64,000 bases of DNA from an uncultured Cyclobacteriaceae bacterium (GCA_937958005.1 CALGOB010000159.1:13488-77487); one strand, 5' to 3'. Shown: positions 18,708-29,745, counted from the stretch's first letter. Program-made: numbers and translations. The notes: a model not told the origin generated them from the letters alone.

Positions 18708-20126
18708 ATGAATAAAAAGAATTTTAAATTTATTACGACTTATAAAAAGCAACTGGCAGATACTGTTACGCCAGTGAGTATATACTTAAAGCTAAGAGAT
18801 AAGTTTGCGCATTCTTTTTTATTGGAAAGCTCAGACTATCACGGTGATGAAGACAGTTTCTCATATATCTGTTGTGACCCAATTGCTGAGTTTCTACTAG
18901 ACGCAGATGATAACGTCAATATTCAATATCCAGATGGAAGTGACGATAGGTTCCAGTTGACAAACCAGAAAGATTTAGTACAGCATTTAGATCAGTTTGC
19001 AAAGTCTTTTGAAAGTGATGACTCAAAAACTTTCAATTTTGTACAAAATGGGTTATTCGGATATATGGCCTATGAAGCAGTAACTAATTTTGAAGATATT
19101 ACCCTTGTCAATAAGAATCCAGATTTTGATACGCCCAAAGTGATTTATAACCTCTTCAGGTATGTAATTGTGTTAGATCACTTTAAAAATGAGTTATACA
19201 TTTTTGAACATCAGATAGAGGGGAGTGAACCGAAAGGGATTACTCAGATAGAGTCATTGATTGCAAGTAAAAATTTCCCGAGCTTTAATTTCAATAGAAG
19301 TAGTGAAATTCGTTCTGATTTAACAGATTCAGCCTATCTAGAGATTGTCAAGAAAGGAATACATCATTGTGATATTGGGGATGTTTTTCAGATAGTACTT
19401 TCTAGGAGGTTCAAGGTAGATTTTAAAGGAGACGAATTTCAAGTGTATCGTGCACTCCGGTCTATAAACCCATCTCCTTATTTGTTCTATTTCGATTATG
19501 GAAATTTTAAGATATTTGGCTCTTCACCTGAAGCACAAATTGTTATAAAAGATGATAAAGCGACTATTTACCCAATAGCGGGAACCTTTAGGAGAACTGG
19601 TGATGATCTTGCTGACGCAGAATTGGCTAAGCAACTTCATGCTGATCCAAAAGAAAATAGTGAACACATTATGTTAGTAGATCTTGCTCGGAATGACCTT
19701 AGCAAAAGTAGTGAGAAGGTAGAGGTGGAAACCTACAAAGAGATTCAGTATTTTTCCCATGTGATTCATTTAGTTTCTAAGGTTGTTGGGCAATTAAAAA
19801 AAGGAGAAGTTCCTTTGGAAATGGTAGCTTCTACATTTCCTGCTGGCACACTTTCTGGTGCTCCTAAGCACAAGGCGATGCAGCTAATAGATCACTATGA
19901 ACACATTGCTAGAGGGTATTATGGAGGAGCAATAGGGTTTATGGGCTTTAATGGTGATTTTAACCATGCCATTATGATCCGATCTTTCTTAAGTCAAAAT
20001 AATCGCTTGAACTTTCAAGCTGGTGCTGGCGTAGTATCTAAATCTAACCCCGAAAGTGAAGTGCAAGAAGTCTATAATAAATTAGCTGCATTACAATTTG
20101 CCCTGGAGGAGGCAGAAAAAATATGA
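18708..20126 (+). CDS. trpE: Anthranilate synthase component I
   Basis: 472 aa; LLESSDYHG near the N-terminus and a chorismate-binding C-domain (GTLSGAPK..GGAIGF). Confidence 0.95.
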   Translation: MNKKNFKFITTYKKQLADTVTPVSIYLKLRDKFAHSFLLESSDYHGDEDSFSYICCDPIAEFLLDADDNVNIQYPDGSDDRFQLTNQKDLVQHLDQFAKSFESDDSKTFNFVQNGLFGYMAYEAVTNFEDITLVNKNPDFDTPKVIYNLFRYVIVLDHFKNELYIFEHQIEGSEPKGITQIESLIASKNFPSFNFNRSSEIRSDLTDSAYLEIVKKGIHHCDIGDVFQIVLSRRFKVDFKGDEFQVYRALRSINPSPYLFYFDYGNFKIFGSSPEAQIVIKDDKATIYPIAGTFRRTGDDLADAELAKQLHADPKENSEHIMLVDLARNDLSKSSEKVEVETYKEIQYFSHVIHLVSKVVGQLKKGEVPLEMVASTFPAGTLSGAPKHKAMQLIDHYEHIARGYYGGAIGFMGFNGDFNHAIMIRSFLSQNNRLNFQAGAGVVSKSNPESEVQEVYNKLAALQFALEEAEKI

Positions 20127-20692
20127 AAACCTTAGTATTAGATAATTACGATTCTTTTACTTATAACCTTGTTCATATATTAAGAGAATTAGGAGAGGAA
20201 CATGATGTAATTAGAAATGATAAAATGTCACTGGAAGAAGTAGGGGGATATGATCGGATATTATTGTCTCCTGGCCCTGGTGTTCCATCGGAGGCTGGGA
20301 TTATGCCTTCGCTTATTAAAAAATATGGTAACCAGAAAAGTATTTTAGGGGTATGTCTAGGCCATCAGGCAATTGCAGAAGCCTACGGTGGTGAAATCTT
20401 CAACTTACCTGAAGTTTATCATGGGATTGCTACTGATGTAATACTTTCAGTAGATAATGAACCTTTATTTGAAGGTTTACCCAAGAAATTCAAAGTATGC
20501 CGATACCATTCTTGGAGTGTTGCAGCGGAAGAGATGTCAGATGATTTACTAGTTACCGCTAGGGATGAAGCTGGCCAAATAATGTCTATCAGCCATAGGG
20601 AACACAATGTAAGAGGAGTTCAGTTTCATCCTGAGTCCATCCTGACTGAGCACGGCAAAGCAATGATTCAAAACTGGTTAAATATTAAATAG
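20123..20692 (+). CDS. trpG: Anthranilate synthase component II (glutamine amidotransferase)
   Basis: GVCLGHQ nucleophile elbow and a C-terminal HPES motif. ATGA overlap with trpE. Confidence 0.95.
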   Translation: MKTLVLDNYDSFTYNLVHILRELGEEHDVIRNDKMSLEEVGGYDRILLSPGPGVPSEAGIMPSLIKKYGNQKSILGVCLGHQAIAEAYGGEIFNLPEVYHGIATDVILSVDNEPLFEGLPKKFKVCRYHSWSVAAEEMSDDLLVTARDEAGQIMSISHREHNVRGVQFHPESILTEHGKAMIQNWLNIK

Positions 20693-20703
20693 AAAGATTT
20701 GAT

Positions 20704-21717
20704 ATGAAAGAAGTTCTAAATAGACTATTTGAATATAACTCTTTAACTAAAGAAGAAGCAAAAGCAGTGCTGATTAAATTGGCAAAAGGGGAGTATAACC
20801 AAAGCCAAGTAGCAGCATTCTTGACAGTGTACCTCATGAGAAGTATTACCGTTGAGGAATTGGAAGGCTTTAGAGATGCTATGTTAGAGTTATGCATCCC
20901 ATTGGAAATAGCAGATTATAATGCCATAGACCTTTGCGGAACTGGTGGTGATGGAAAAGATACATTTAATATTTCTACACTTTCCTCGTTTGTAGTTGCA
21001 GGGGCTGACCAACATGTAGCAAAACACGGAAATAATGGAGTTTCGTCTGTTTGTGGTTCATCTAACTTACTGGCTTATTTTGGCTATGAGTTTACAAATG
21101 ACAAAGATCAATTAATAAAAAGCTTGGATGAATCAGGAATCTGCTTTTTACATGCACCGCTTTTTCATCCTGCAATGAAGAATGTAGGGCCTATACGAAA
21201 GGATTTGGGAGTTAAGACGTTCTTTAATATGTTGGGGCCAATGGTTAATCCTTCCTTTCCTAAAAACCAATTGGTAGGTGTGTTTAGCTTAGAGTTGGCC
21301 AGGATTTATGGGTACCTTTATCAAAAAAGTGATAAGAACTTTGTGGTACTCCATTCATTGGACGGATACGATGAAATTTCTTTAACAGGTGGGTTCAAAA
21401 TGATCAGTAATAATTCTGAACAAATTATTTATCCTGAAGATATTGGTTTGAATCAAGTAAAAGCGGAAGAGCTATCTGGAGGTAAAACAATAGCAGATTC
21501 AGCGAAAGTGTTTGTTGATATCCTTTCAGGAAAAGGGACTAAGGCTCAAAATGAAGCAGTGATTGCGAATGCTGGAATGGCTATTTATTGTGGGAAACAG
21601 TTAGCTACCATGGAGGAAGGTATCTTTCAGGCAAGGGAATCTCTAGAATCAGGAAAAGCTTTGACAAAGTTTAAAAAACTAGTCAATAATGACCAAAAAA
21701 TTTTTAGTTTGAATTAA
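20704..21717 (+). CDS. trpD: Anthranilate phosphoribosyltransferase
   Basis: GTGGDG motif and KHGN motif, 337 aa. Confidence 0.95.
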   Translation: MKEVLNRLFEYNSLTKEEAKAVLIKLAKGEYNQSQVAAFLTVYLMRSITVEELEGFRDAMLELCIPLEIADYNAIDLCGTGGDGKDTFNISTLSSFVVAGADQHVAKHGNNGVSSVCGSSNLLAYFGYEFTNDKDQLIKSLDESGICFLHAPLFHPAMKNVGPIRKDLGVKTFFNMLGPMVNPSFPKNQLVGVFSLELARIYGYLYQKSDKNFVVLHSLDGYDEISLTGGFKMISNNSEQIIYPEDIGLNQVKAEELSGGKTIADSAKVFVDILSGKGTKAQNEAVIANAGMAIYCGKQLATMEEGIFQARESLESGKALTKFKKLVNNDQKIFSLN

Positions 21718-21726
21718 AGAATAACC

Positions 21727-22539
21727 ATGAATATATTAGACCAAATTATAGCAGATAAAATAAAGGAAGTTGCAGAACGCAAATCACTTTTTCCAGTAAA
21801 GCTGCTGGAACAGAGCGTTTATTTTGGAGGGAAACCACTCTCAATGAAACAATACATTCAGCGAGATGATAAGTCAGGAATTATTGCAGAAATAAAAAGG
21901 AAATCCCCTTCTAAAGGCGCTATTAACCCTCATGTAGATATTGAAAAAACAAGTATCGGTTATATGCAAGCAGGAGCCTCTGGTTTATCAGTTTTAACAG
22001 ATACAAAGTACTTTGGAGGCAAAAATGAAGACCTAAAGAAGGTGAGAAATTTTAACTATTGCCCTATTCTTAGAAAAGATTTTGTTGTAGATGAGTACCA
22101 GATAATCGAATCTAAATCAATAGGAGCGGATACTGTTTTATTAATTGCTGCTGCCCTTAGCCCTGACCAATTAAAATCTTACGGGGCTTTAGCTCATAGT
22201 TTAGGGATGGAGGTACTTTTGGAAATTCATAACCAAGAAGAACTTGAAAAGAGCCTTAATGAAAATGTGGATCTTTTAGGTGTAAATAATAGGGATTTAA
22301 AAACCTTTAAAACAGATGTTGCTGTTTCAAAGAATTTGGCAAGTGCTATTCCGAGTGATTTTGTAAAGGTAAGCGAAAGTGGAATTAGTAAACCAGAAAC
22401 TATTGCAGACCTAAAAGAATATGGTTTCGAGGGTTTTCTTATAGGCGAGAATTTCATGAAAAGCGGGAGACCTGGTAAGAGCGCTGAAAAATTTATTGAA
22501 GAACTGAATGCCTTGACCAATAAAAAAGTCAAAATATAA
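21727..22539 (+). CDS. trpC: Indole-3-glycerol phosphate synthase
   Basis: IAEIKRKSPSKG, LRKDF and NNRDL motifs. Confidence 0.95.
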   Translation: MNILDQIIADKIKEVAERKSLFPVKLLEQSVYFGGKPLSMKQYIQRDDKSGIIAEIKRKSPSKGAINPHVDIEKTSIGYMQAGASGLSVLTDTKYFGGKNEDLKKVRNFNYCPILRKDFVVDEYQIIESKSIGADTVLLIAAALSPDQLKSYGALAHSLGMEVLLEIHNQEELEKSLNENVDLLGVNNRDLKTFKTDVAVSKNLASAIPSDFVKVSESGISKPETIADLKEYGFEGFLIGENFMKSGRPGKSAEKFIEELNALTNKKVKI

Positions 22540-22541
22540 AG

Positions 22542-23189
22542 ATGAGCTCTCTTCAGTTAAAAGTCTGTGGCATGAGAAACCCTGAGAATATTAGGGAATT
22601 AATCACTTTATCTCCTGATTATATGGGATTAATCTTCTATCAGAAATCAACAAGATATGTTGAGAAGGAAGATAACCTTTCTATAATTAATAGTATCCCT
22701 GGCGAGATAAAGAAAGTAGGTGTTTTTGTAAAGGAAGAGATTGGAAAATTAATAGAAAAGGTAAAAGCGTATCAATTAGATTATGTACAATTACATGGGG
22801 GTGAGTCTTTAGCTTACTGTCAAAAATTAAAAGAGCATGGAATAAAGATCATTAAAGTCTTTTCTGTGGAAGATAGCCTCCCAGTTTTAGAAATTAAAGA
22901 TTTTGAAGGAGTGGTCAATTATTTTCTATTTGATACGAAAACGCCACTTTATGGAGGGAGCGGGAAAACATTTGATTGGGACATCCTGTTCAAATACCCA
23001 TTTAAAACCCCTTATTTCTTGAGTGGAGGAATAGGTACAGAAGAATTTCGGCAGATTAAATTGAGTGACTTCCCAGGCTTAGTAGCAATAGACATAAATT
23101 CAAAAGTAGAAATAAAGCCTGGTTTTAAAGACATAGCTCAGATTAAAGAAGTGAAACAGATAATTAGCAAGCAACAGGAAATCTTATGA
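22542..23189 (+). CDS. trpF: Phosphoribosylanthranilate isomerase
   Basis: KVCGM start, QLHG motif and operon position. Confidence 0.9.
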   Translation: MSSLQLKVCGMRNPENIRELITLSPDYMGLIFYQKSTRYVEKEDNLSIINSIPGEIKKVGVFVKEEIGKLIEKVKAYQLDYVQLHGGESLAYCQKLKEHGIKIIKVFSVEDSLPVLEIKDFEGVVNYFLFDTKTPLYGGSGKTFDWDILFKYPFKTPYFLSGGIGTEEFRQIKLSDFPGLVAIDINSKVEIKPGFKDIAQIKEVKQIISKQQEIL

Positions 23190-24379
23190 AGACATTAGAA
23201 AAATATAGTGTAGATCAATATGGATTCTATGGAAAATTTGGAGGAGCATATGTGCCAGAAATGCTTTACCCAAATGTAGAAGAGTTAAAAAACAATTATC
23301 TATCTATCCTCAATGAAGATAGTTTTAAAAAAGAATTTGATGACCTATTGTCAAAATATGTAGGGAGACCAACCCCTCTATACTTTGCCAGCAGACTTTC
23401 TGAAAAATACCAGACAAAAGTTTATTTAAAGCGTGAAGACTTGTGTCATACTGGTGCGCACAAAGTAAATAATACAATAGGCCAAATACTGTTAGCTAAA
23501 AGGTTAGGTAAAAAGAGAATAATTGCAGAAACGGGTGCTGGCCAGCATGGTGTGGCAACAGCTACTGTATGTGCTTTAATGGGACTTCCCTGTGTAGTAT
23601 ATATGGGAGAAGTGGATATTGCTAGACAACGACCTAACGTTGAACGGATGAAAATTTTAGGGGCAGAAGTTATCCCCGCAACTAGTGGAAGTAAAACGCT
23701 CAAAGATGCTACTAATGAGGCAATGAGGCATTGGATAAATAACCCAGTAGATACACACTATATCATTGGCTCTGTGGTAGGGCCACACCCATATCCTGAT
23801 ATGGTTGCAAGATTTCAATCTGTAATAAGTGAAGAAATTATTAAACAGTTATCTAATGACTTTGGAATAAAACACCCAGATTACGTAATTGCTTGTGTGG
23901 GTGGGGGAAGTAATGCAGCGGGTGCATTTTACCATTACATGAATAATGAGTCTGTAAAACTAATCGCTGCTGAAGCCGCTGGTTTGGGAAATGATACTGG
24001 AAAGTCAGCAGCTACTACACAATTGGGCAAAGAAGGAATACTACATGGTAGTAGAACTTTGTTAATGCAAACACCTGATGGGCAAGTCATAGAACCATAT
24101 TCTATTTCTGCAGGGCTTGATTATCCTGGGATAGGCCCTATTCATGCTCATCTATTTGATAGTGGTCGTGCAGAATTTATCAGTGTAAAAGATGAAGAAG
24201 CTATGTTGGCAGGTATAGAACTGAGTAGGCTAGAAGGCATTATTCCTGCTATAGAAACATCACATGCTTTATCAGTGTTGTCTAAAAAGAAATTTGGTAA
24301 AAACGAGGTGGTAGTCATTAACCTATCTGGAAGAGGGGATAAAGACTTAGACACCTACATTAAGTGGGGTAAATATTAA
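23186..24379 (+). CDS. trpB: Tryptophan synthase beta chain
   Basis: HTGAHKVNN (PLP lysine) and GGGSNA motifs. Confidence 0.95.
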   Translation: MKTLEKYSVDQYGFYGKFGGAYVPEMLYPNVEELKNNYLSILNEDSFKKEFDDLLSKYVGRPTPLYFASRLSEKYQTKVYLKREDLCHTGAHKVNNTIGQILLAKRLGKKRIIAETGAGQHGVATATVCALMGLPCVVYMGEVDIARQRPNVERMKILGAEVIPATSGSKTLKDATNEAMRHWINNPVDTHYIIGSVVGPHPYPDMVARFQSVISEEIIKQLSNDFGIKHPDYVIACVGGGSNAAGAFYHYMNNESVKLIAAEAAGLGNDTGKSAATTQLGKEGILHGSRTLLMQTPDGQVIEPYSISAGLDYPGIGPIHAHLFDSGRAEFISVKDEEAMLAGIELSRLEGIIPAIETSHALSVLSKKKFGKNEVVVINLSGRGDKDLDTYIKWGKY

Positions 24380-24398
24380 TTTGAATAACCAGTAAGTG

Positions 24399-25181
24399 AT
24401 GACAACAAATCCGATAGATTCAGTTTTTCAAAATAAAGATCAAAAACTGCTAAACGTTTATTTTACAGCGGGCTTCCCTACTTTGGAAGATACTACTAAA
24501 ATCCTAAAATCTCTTGATGAAACGGATGTGGATTTTGTGGAAATAGGCATGCCTTTTTCTGATCCTGTAGCTGATGGCCCCACCATTCAAGAGAGTAATG
24601 ACGTGGCACTTAATAATGGTATTTCAATAGATAAGCTTTTTGAACAGCTTGGTACTGTAAAAGGGGAAATAAAAACTCCCATAATTTTAATGGGGTATTT
24701 AAACCCAGTCATGCAATATGGGATAGAAAAGTTTTGTCAAAATTGTGTGGAGGTAGGAGTTTCTGGAATTATAATTCCAGATTTACCCATGCAGGATTAC
24801 TTGCGACAATTTAAGCAACTATTTGAAAGTTATGGATTGTACAATATATTCTTAATTAGCCCACAAACTTCTGAAGAAAGAATCAAATTAATAGATGAAC
24901 ATAGCAATGGGTTCATTTACATGGTTTCTTCTGCTAGCATAACTGGAGCTAAAGCGGATATTTCCAATAGCCAAGAAGCCTATTTTAACAGAGTAAATAG
25001 CATGGGCCTTAAAAACCCAAGATTGATTGGTTTTGGAATAAGTAACAACGAAACATTTGAAAAAGCGTGTCAATATGCTAAAGGAGCCATTATTGGTAGT
25101 GCGTTTATCAAAGCATTAAGGAAAAGTACTAATATAGATCATACAGTAAAAGAATTTATTTCGGGCATTAAAAACAATTAG
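24399..25181 (+). CDS. trpA: Tryptophan synthase alpha chain
   Basis: MPFSDPVADGPTIQ motif. ATG at 24399 is preferred to the GTG at 24396. Confidence 0.95.
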   Translation: MTTNPIDSVFQNKDQKLLNVYFTAGFPTLEDTTKILKSLDETDVDFVEIGMPFSDPVADGPTIQESNDVALNNGISIDKLFEQLGTVKGEIKTPIILMGYLNPVMQYGIEKFCQNCVEVGVSGIIIPDLPMQDYLRQFKQLFESYGLYNIFLISPQTSEERIKLIDEHSNGFIYMVSSASITGAKADISNSQEAYFNRVNSMGLKNPRLIGFGISNNETFEKACQYAKGAIIGSAFIKALRKSTNIDHTVKEFISGIKNN

Positions 25182-25184
25182 GCC

Positions 25185-26195
25185 ATGATTATACAATTAG
25201 AGCAAAATATTACAGATTCAGTAAAAGAATCTATCATAGAGCAAGTTAAATCTTTGAATTACAAGCCTACAGAGGTAGTGACTCAAATTGGGAAATATAT
25301 TATTGGGATAGGAAAAGATGAGTTTGATATCAGACAAATTGGATCCTTGGAAGGAATTAATGACATCCACATTGTTTCTGATAGTTATCAGTTAGTTTCA
25401 AAGAAATGGAAAGTAAGTGATACACAAATAGATTTGGGAGATGGTGTAACTATAGGAGCCGACAGCTTTGCCATGATGGCTGGCCCATGCTCAATAGAAG
25501 GGGAGGAAAATATCTACAAAACCATTGCTCACCTCAAAGAAAATGGAATCAATATCATGAGGGGTGGAGTTTATAAACCAAGAAGTTCACCCTATTCATT
25601 TAGAGGAATGGGCATAGAAGGGTTGAAGATTTGGTATAAAGCTGCAAGAGAGAATGGAATCAAAATAGTGACTGAAGTTATGCAGGTTTCTCAAATAGAA
25701 GAAATGTATGACTATGTAGATATTTTTCAAGTAGGAGCAAGGAATACACAGAATTTTAACCTCCTGGATGAATTAGGGAAAGTAGATAAAGCTGTAATGA
25801 TCAAGAGAGGAATCTCTGGCACCATAGACGAGCTTTTACACAGTGCCGAATATGTATTTTCTGGAGGGAATGAAAGATTACTCTTGTGTGAAAGAGGCAT
25901 TAGAACCTATGAGAAAGCAAGTAGAAATACCTTTGATATCAATGCAATTCCAATTTTAAAAGATAAGACCCATTTACCAGTGATCTCAGATCCTTCACAT
26001 GGAATAGGAATTAGAGATCATGTAGATCCTGTTGCTTTAGCTTCCATCATTGCTGGAGCAGATGGTGTGATTTTTGAAATTCATGATAAACCAGAGGAAG
26101 CTTATTCTGATGGTCAACAAACTTTAGATTTTGATGAATCAGCTAAGTTGGTTAAAAAGATAAGAAGTGTTTTACAACTAAGAGAATCATTTTGA
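25185..26195 (+). CDS. aroF: 3-deoxy-7-phosphoheptulonate (DAHP) synthase, class I-beta with N-terminal regulatory domain
   Basis: KPRSSPYSFRGMG and DPSHG motifs, plus a ~70-aa ferredoxin-like N-extension. Starts 3 nt after trpA. Confidence 0.9.
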   Translation: MIIQLEQNITDSVKESIIEQVKSLNYKPTEVVTQIGKYIIGIGKDEFDIRQIGSLEGINDIHIVSDSYQLVSKKWKVSDTQIDLGDGVTIGADSFAMMAGPCSIEGEENIYKTIAHLKENGINIMRGGVYKPRSSPYSFRGMGIEGLKIWYKAARENGIKIVTEVMQVSQIEEMYDYVDIFQVGARNTQNFNLLDELGKVDKAVMIKRGISGTIDELLHSAEYVFSGGNERLLLCERGIRTYEKASRNTFDINAIPILKDKTHLPVISDPSHGIGIRDHVDPVALASIIAGADGVIFEIHDKPEEAYSDGQQTLDFDESAKLVKKIRSVLQLRESF

Positions 26196-26210
26196 TTCTC
26201 TTAGTTTTTG
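26178..26210 (+). terminator. Terminator of the trp-aroF operon
   Basis: CTAAGAGAATC-atttt-GATTCTCTTAG + TTTTT. The stop codon lies inside the stem. Confidence 0.75.
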
Positions 26211-26643
26211 CTAAAACCTTTAAATTATTTTAAAGATAATTTAACCTTATATTTCTGTTGCAATAAGTTCTTCTCAAAGTGATCTTGTTACAGTATATTA
26301 TAATGCCTCATTTTGCCTTATTATATCAGCTTTACCTATCCTTTTGAAACATTGAAATGATTTACCTGTTATAGACTGAGTGTAGTAATTGAATCGAGGG
26401 TCTCATTCTGTAGGTCTCAGGTTAATTTATCTTAATAGATAAGATCTTGTTTGAACGGTGGATGACATTTAGAAATAAATGTTCTTAAGAATGATTGAGA
26501 TTATTCTTTTTTGATTTAGAATTTTATATTATTTTAATTGAGTAATTTATTGGTTTTGCCAAACTAAGTATTGAATTTGACGTGAATTCGAAATATAAAT
26601 TCCGTGTGTGCTGTATTTTAGATTTTGATATTCGCAAAAGCAT

Positions 26644-26706
26644 ATGTATTTTTACTACATGAATACAAGACAACACCATAAAGGATATTATTATTACCCT
26701 CTATAA
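26644..26706 (+). CDS. Candidate Tyr-rich leader peptide MYFYYMNTRQHHKGYYYYPL upstream of phhA
   Basis: ATG 26644 (in-frame ATG also at 26659). TAT TAT TAT TAC at 26686-26697, with 7 Tyr + 1 Phe in 20 codons. TAA at 26704-26706. A terminator lies 43 nt downstream. Confidence 0.6.
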   Translation: MYFYYMNTRQHHKGYYYYPL

Positions 26707-26748
26707 CAGGGCCTGATATTCCTTTTGTTGTTTTAGAAAGAAATTGAT

Positions 26749-26776
26749 AAGCCTGAATATTTTCAGGCTTTTTTTG
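26749..26776 (+). terminator. Intrinsic terminator between the Tyr-rich leader ORF and phhA (candidate attenuator)
   Basis: AAGCCTGAA-tatt-TTCAGGCTT + TTTTTGTTTT, ending 28 nt before the phhA ATG. Confidence 0.75.
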
Positions 26777-26803
26777 TTTTAAGGCTAAGTAGTCATTTGA
26801 ATT

Positions 26804-27550
26804 ATGGATCAAGTATACGAAAATTACACTGAAGAGGACTTTGAAGTTTGGAAAGTCTTATTTGAAAGACAGATTAAAATATTACCTACTGCTGCTACAC
26901 AATCCTATTTAGATGGCTTAGTGGATATAAAATTCCATGCAGACAAAATTCCTGCTTTTGAAGAGACTAATAAGATCTTAAGTAGTCTTACGGGTTGGGA
27001 ATTAGCGGTAGTGCCAGGAATAGTTCCCGATTATACATTCTTTGAATTAATGTCCAATAAACGTTTTCCTGCTACCACTTGGTTAAGGAAAATGAAAGAA
27101 CTTGATTACCTAGAAGAGCCCGATATGTTTCATGATGTGTTTGCTCATGTACCACTTTTGACCAACGAGTCTTTTGTTAGTTTTTTACAGGCTCTCAGTG
27201 AAATTGGCCTAGACTATTGTGGTGATGATTATGCAATTGATATTTTATCAAGAGTGTATTGGTTTACTGTTGAATTTGGTTTGATTAGGGAAAACGATAA
27301 CCTTAGAATTTATGGGGCAGGAATTCTTTCATCAGCAGGGGAAACGGTTTATAGTCTAAGTGATGAGCCCACTCACCATGAGTTTGATGTAAAAAAGATC
27401 GCTAATACTGGGTATAGAAAAGATAAATTCCAAACTGAATATTTCATCATAGATTCATATGAGCAATTGTATCAATCTATTCCAGAGATTAAAGAAGTAT
27501 TAGCCGATATGGTAGCTAAACATCATCAGTCAAAAGAAACAGCTGTTTAG
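26804..27550 (+). CDS. phhA: Phenylalanine 4-monooxygenase
   Basis: PDMFHDVFAHVPLL (iron His pair), YGAGILSS and EFGL motifs, 248 aa. Confidence 0.9.
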   Translation: MDQVYENYTEEDFEVWKVLFERQIKILPTAATQSYLDGLVDIKFHADKIPAFEETNKILSSLTGWELAVVPGIVPDYTFFELMSNKRFPATTWLRKMKELDYLEEPDMFHDVFAHVPLLTNESFVSFLQALSEIGLDYCGDDYAIDILSRVYWFTVEFGLIRENDNLRIYGAGILSSAGETVYSLSDEPTHHEFDVKKIANTGYRKDKFQTEYFIIDSYEQLYQSIPEIKEVLADMVAKHHQSKETAV

Positions 27551-27668
27551 AAAAAGGGTCATCAGTCAGGTTATTTAATTGATTATTTCACTGATGAGGG
27601 ACTTGACTACTTCAAAAATAAGTGACAAACTTGACCTAAATTTACAAACCAATTACTTTTACTGAATC

Positions 27669-28253
27669 TTGGAATTAGCAATAATTAAATACAACGCTGG
27701 CAATGTTCAAAGCTTAACATTTGCCTTGAATAGGTTGGGGATAGAGCCAATTTTAACGGATGACCCAGCTATACTGACCAAAGTGGACAAAGTGATTTTC
27801 CCGGGAGTAGGGGAAGCAAGTACTGCGATGAATTACCTAAAGGAGAAAAAGCTTGACAAAGTAATCACTGGAATCAAGCAACCTTTTTTAGGAGTTTGTC
27901 TGGGATTACAACTCATGTGTAAACATTCTGAAGAAAACAATACGGATTGCCTTGGGATTTTTGACTTAGCCGTAAAAAGATTTGTAGCAACTGAGAAAGT
28001 ACCACATATGGGGTGGAATACTATTCAAAACCTGAAAAGTCAATTGTTTGATCAAGTCGTGGAGAATGCATACTTGTATTTTGTTCATAGTTTTTACGCG
28101 GAAAAAAGTGAGCAGACCATAGCTACTTGTGGATATGCTAATGATTTTAGTGCTGCGTTACAAAAGGATAACTTTTATGCCATTCAAGCACATCCAGAAA
28201 AGAGTAGTAAAACAGGACAACAGATTTTAGAAAATTTCCTATCAATCAAATAA
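27669..28253 (+). CDS. hisH: Imidazole glycerol phosphate synthase, glutaminase subunit
   Basis: GVCLGLQLM and a C-terminal HPEKS motif. TTG start. Confidence 0.9.
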   Translation: MELAIIKYNAGNVQSLTFALNRLGIEPILTDDPAILTKVDKVIFPGVGEASTAMNYLKEKKLDKVITGIKQPFLGVCLGLQLMCKHSEENNTDCLGIFDLAVKRFVATEKVPHMGWNTIQNLKSQLFDQVVENAYLYFVHSFYAEKSEQTIATCGYANDFSAALQKDNFYAIQAHPEKSSKTGQQILENFLSIK

Positions 28254-28970
28254 ATGGAAATAATACCAGCAATAGACCTCATAGACGGAAAGTGTGTCAG
28301 GTTGACCAAAGGGGATTATGATCAAAAAAAGATTTATAATGAAGACCCTCTTGAAGTAGCGAAATCATTTGAAGACGCAGGAATTACAAAACTTCATTTA
28401 GTAGATTTAGATGGTGCTAAAGCCAGGAAAATTATTAATGCTTCTGTATTACATAGAATAGCATCTCATACTTCATTGTCAATAGATTTTGGAGGAGGGG
28501 TACAATCTGATGAAGATATAAAAATTGCCTTTGATCATGGGGCTCAGCAAATAACTGGAGGAAGTATAGCCGTTAAAAATCCCGATTTATTTAAACAATG
28601 GATTAAGGCTTATGGTACTGAAAAGATCATATTAGGAGCTGATGTACTAGAGGAAAAAATAGCTACAGCTGGGTGGCAAGAGATTAATGAGTTGGAAGTG
28701 GTTCCTTTCATAAATTCATACAAGAGAGAAGGGATTCAATACGTTATTTGTACGGATATTTCTAAAGATGGCGTTTTAATGGGACCTTCGTTAGATTTAT
28801 ATCAAAAAATACTATTGGAGATACCTGATATTAAATTAATCGCTAGTGGGGGAGTAACTAGTGAAGATGATTTAGTAAAATTGAAAGAAGCTGGAGTTTA
28901 TGGGGCCATCATTGGCAAAGCAATCTATGAAAATAGGATATCTTTGGACGCATTGAAAAAATTCTTGTAA
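28254..28970 (+). CDS. hisA: ProFAR isomerase
   Basis: IIPAIDL..G..VRL start, LHLVDLDGA and GGG motifs. Confidence 0.9.
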   Translation: MEIIPAIDLIDGKCVRLTKGDYDQKKIYNEDPLEVAKSFEDAGITKLHLVDLDGAKARKIINASVLHRIASHTSLSIDFGGGVQSDEDIKIAFDHGAQQITGGSIAVKNPDLFKQWIKAYGTEKIILGADVLEEKIATAGWQEINELEVVPFINSYKREGIQYVICTDISKDGVLMGPSLDLYQKILLEIPDIKLIASGGVTSEDDLVKLKEAGVYGAIIGKAIYENRISLDALKKFL

Positions 28971-28971
28971 T

Positions 28972-29730
28972 ATGCTCACTAAAAGAATTATTCCATGTTT
29001 AGACATCAAGGATGGAAGAACAGTGAAAGGGGTAAATTTTGTAGATTTGAAAGATGCAGGAGATCCCGTAGAACTTGCAGCACTTTATGCTGACCAATAT
29101 GCAGATGAATTGGTTTTTTTAGATATAACTGCTACAGTTGAAAAGCGAAAAACACTTGTTGACCTAGTGAAGAGGGTGGCAGCTGCCATCAATATACCTT
29201 TTACAGTAGGAGGGGGAATAAGCTCTGTTGAAGATGTTTCTGCTTTGCTAAATGCAGGTGCCGATAAGATTTCCATTAATTCTTCAGCGGTTAAAAAACC
29301 AGAATTAGTAAATGAATTAGCATTGGAGTTCGGTAGTCAATGCGTTGTAGTGGCCATTGATACTCGTTTTGTGGAGAATAATCACTACGTACATACCAGG
29401 GGAGGCCGTACCAAGACAGAATTGAAAACCTTAGAATGGGTTAAAGAAGTTGCAGAAAGAGGAGCGGGAGAAATTTTGCTGACTTCCATGGATCATGATG
29501 GGACTAAAGCAGGCTTTGCGGATAAGTTAACCAGTCAAGTGAGTGAGTTAGTTAATATCCCCGTGATTGCTTCGGGAGGAGGTGGCAATACGCAACACTT
29601 TATTGATGTATTTGGTAAAGGAAAAGCAGATGCGGCATTAGCAGCCAGTATTTTTCATTACAAGGAAGTGGATATTAGAGAATTAAAAAAGTCATTGGCA
29701 GAAACGGGTATTCCTATCAGGGAACATTAA
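28972..29730 (+). CDS. hisF: Imidazole glycerol phosphate synthase, cyclase subunit
   Basis: [19 protein letters not shown] and ASGGGG motifs. Confidence 0.95.
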   Translation: MLTKRIIPCLDIKDGRTVKGVNFVDLKDAGDPVELAALYADQYADELVFLDITATVEKRKTLVDLVKRVAAAINIPFTVGGGISSVEDVSALLNAGADKISINSSAVKKPELVNELALEFGSQCVVVAIDTRFVENNHYVHTRGGRTKTELKTLEWVKEVAERGAGEILLTSMDHDGTKAGFADKLTSQVSELVNIPVIASGGGGNTQHFIDVFGKGKADAALAASIFHYKEVDIRELKKSLAETGIPIREH

Positions 29731-29745
29731 AAGAATAGAATCTAT

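Noticed and set aside
26618-26812. 64-aa minus-strand ORF
   Set aside because: It overlaps the Tyr-rich leader ORF, the intrinsic terminator and the phhA start. Low-complexity composition.
27551-27668. His leader/attenuator upstream of hisH
   Set aside because: There is only an 8-bp inverted repeat (TCATCAGT..ACTGATGA) with a 23-nt loop. No T-run, no short ORF and no His codon run.
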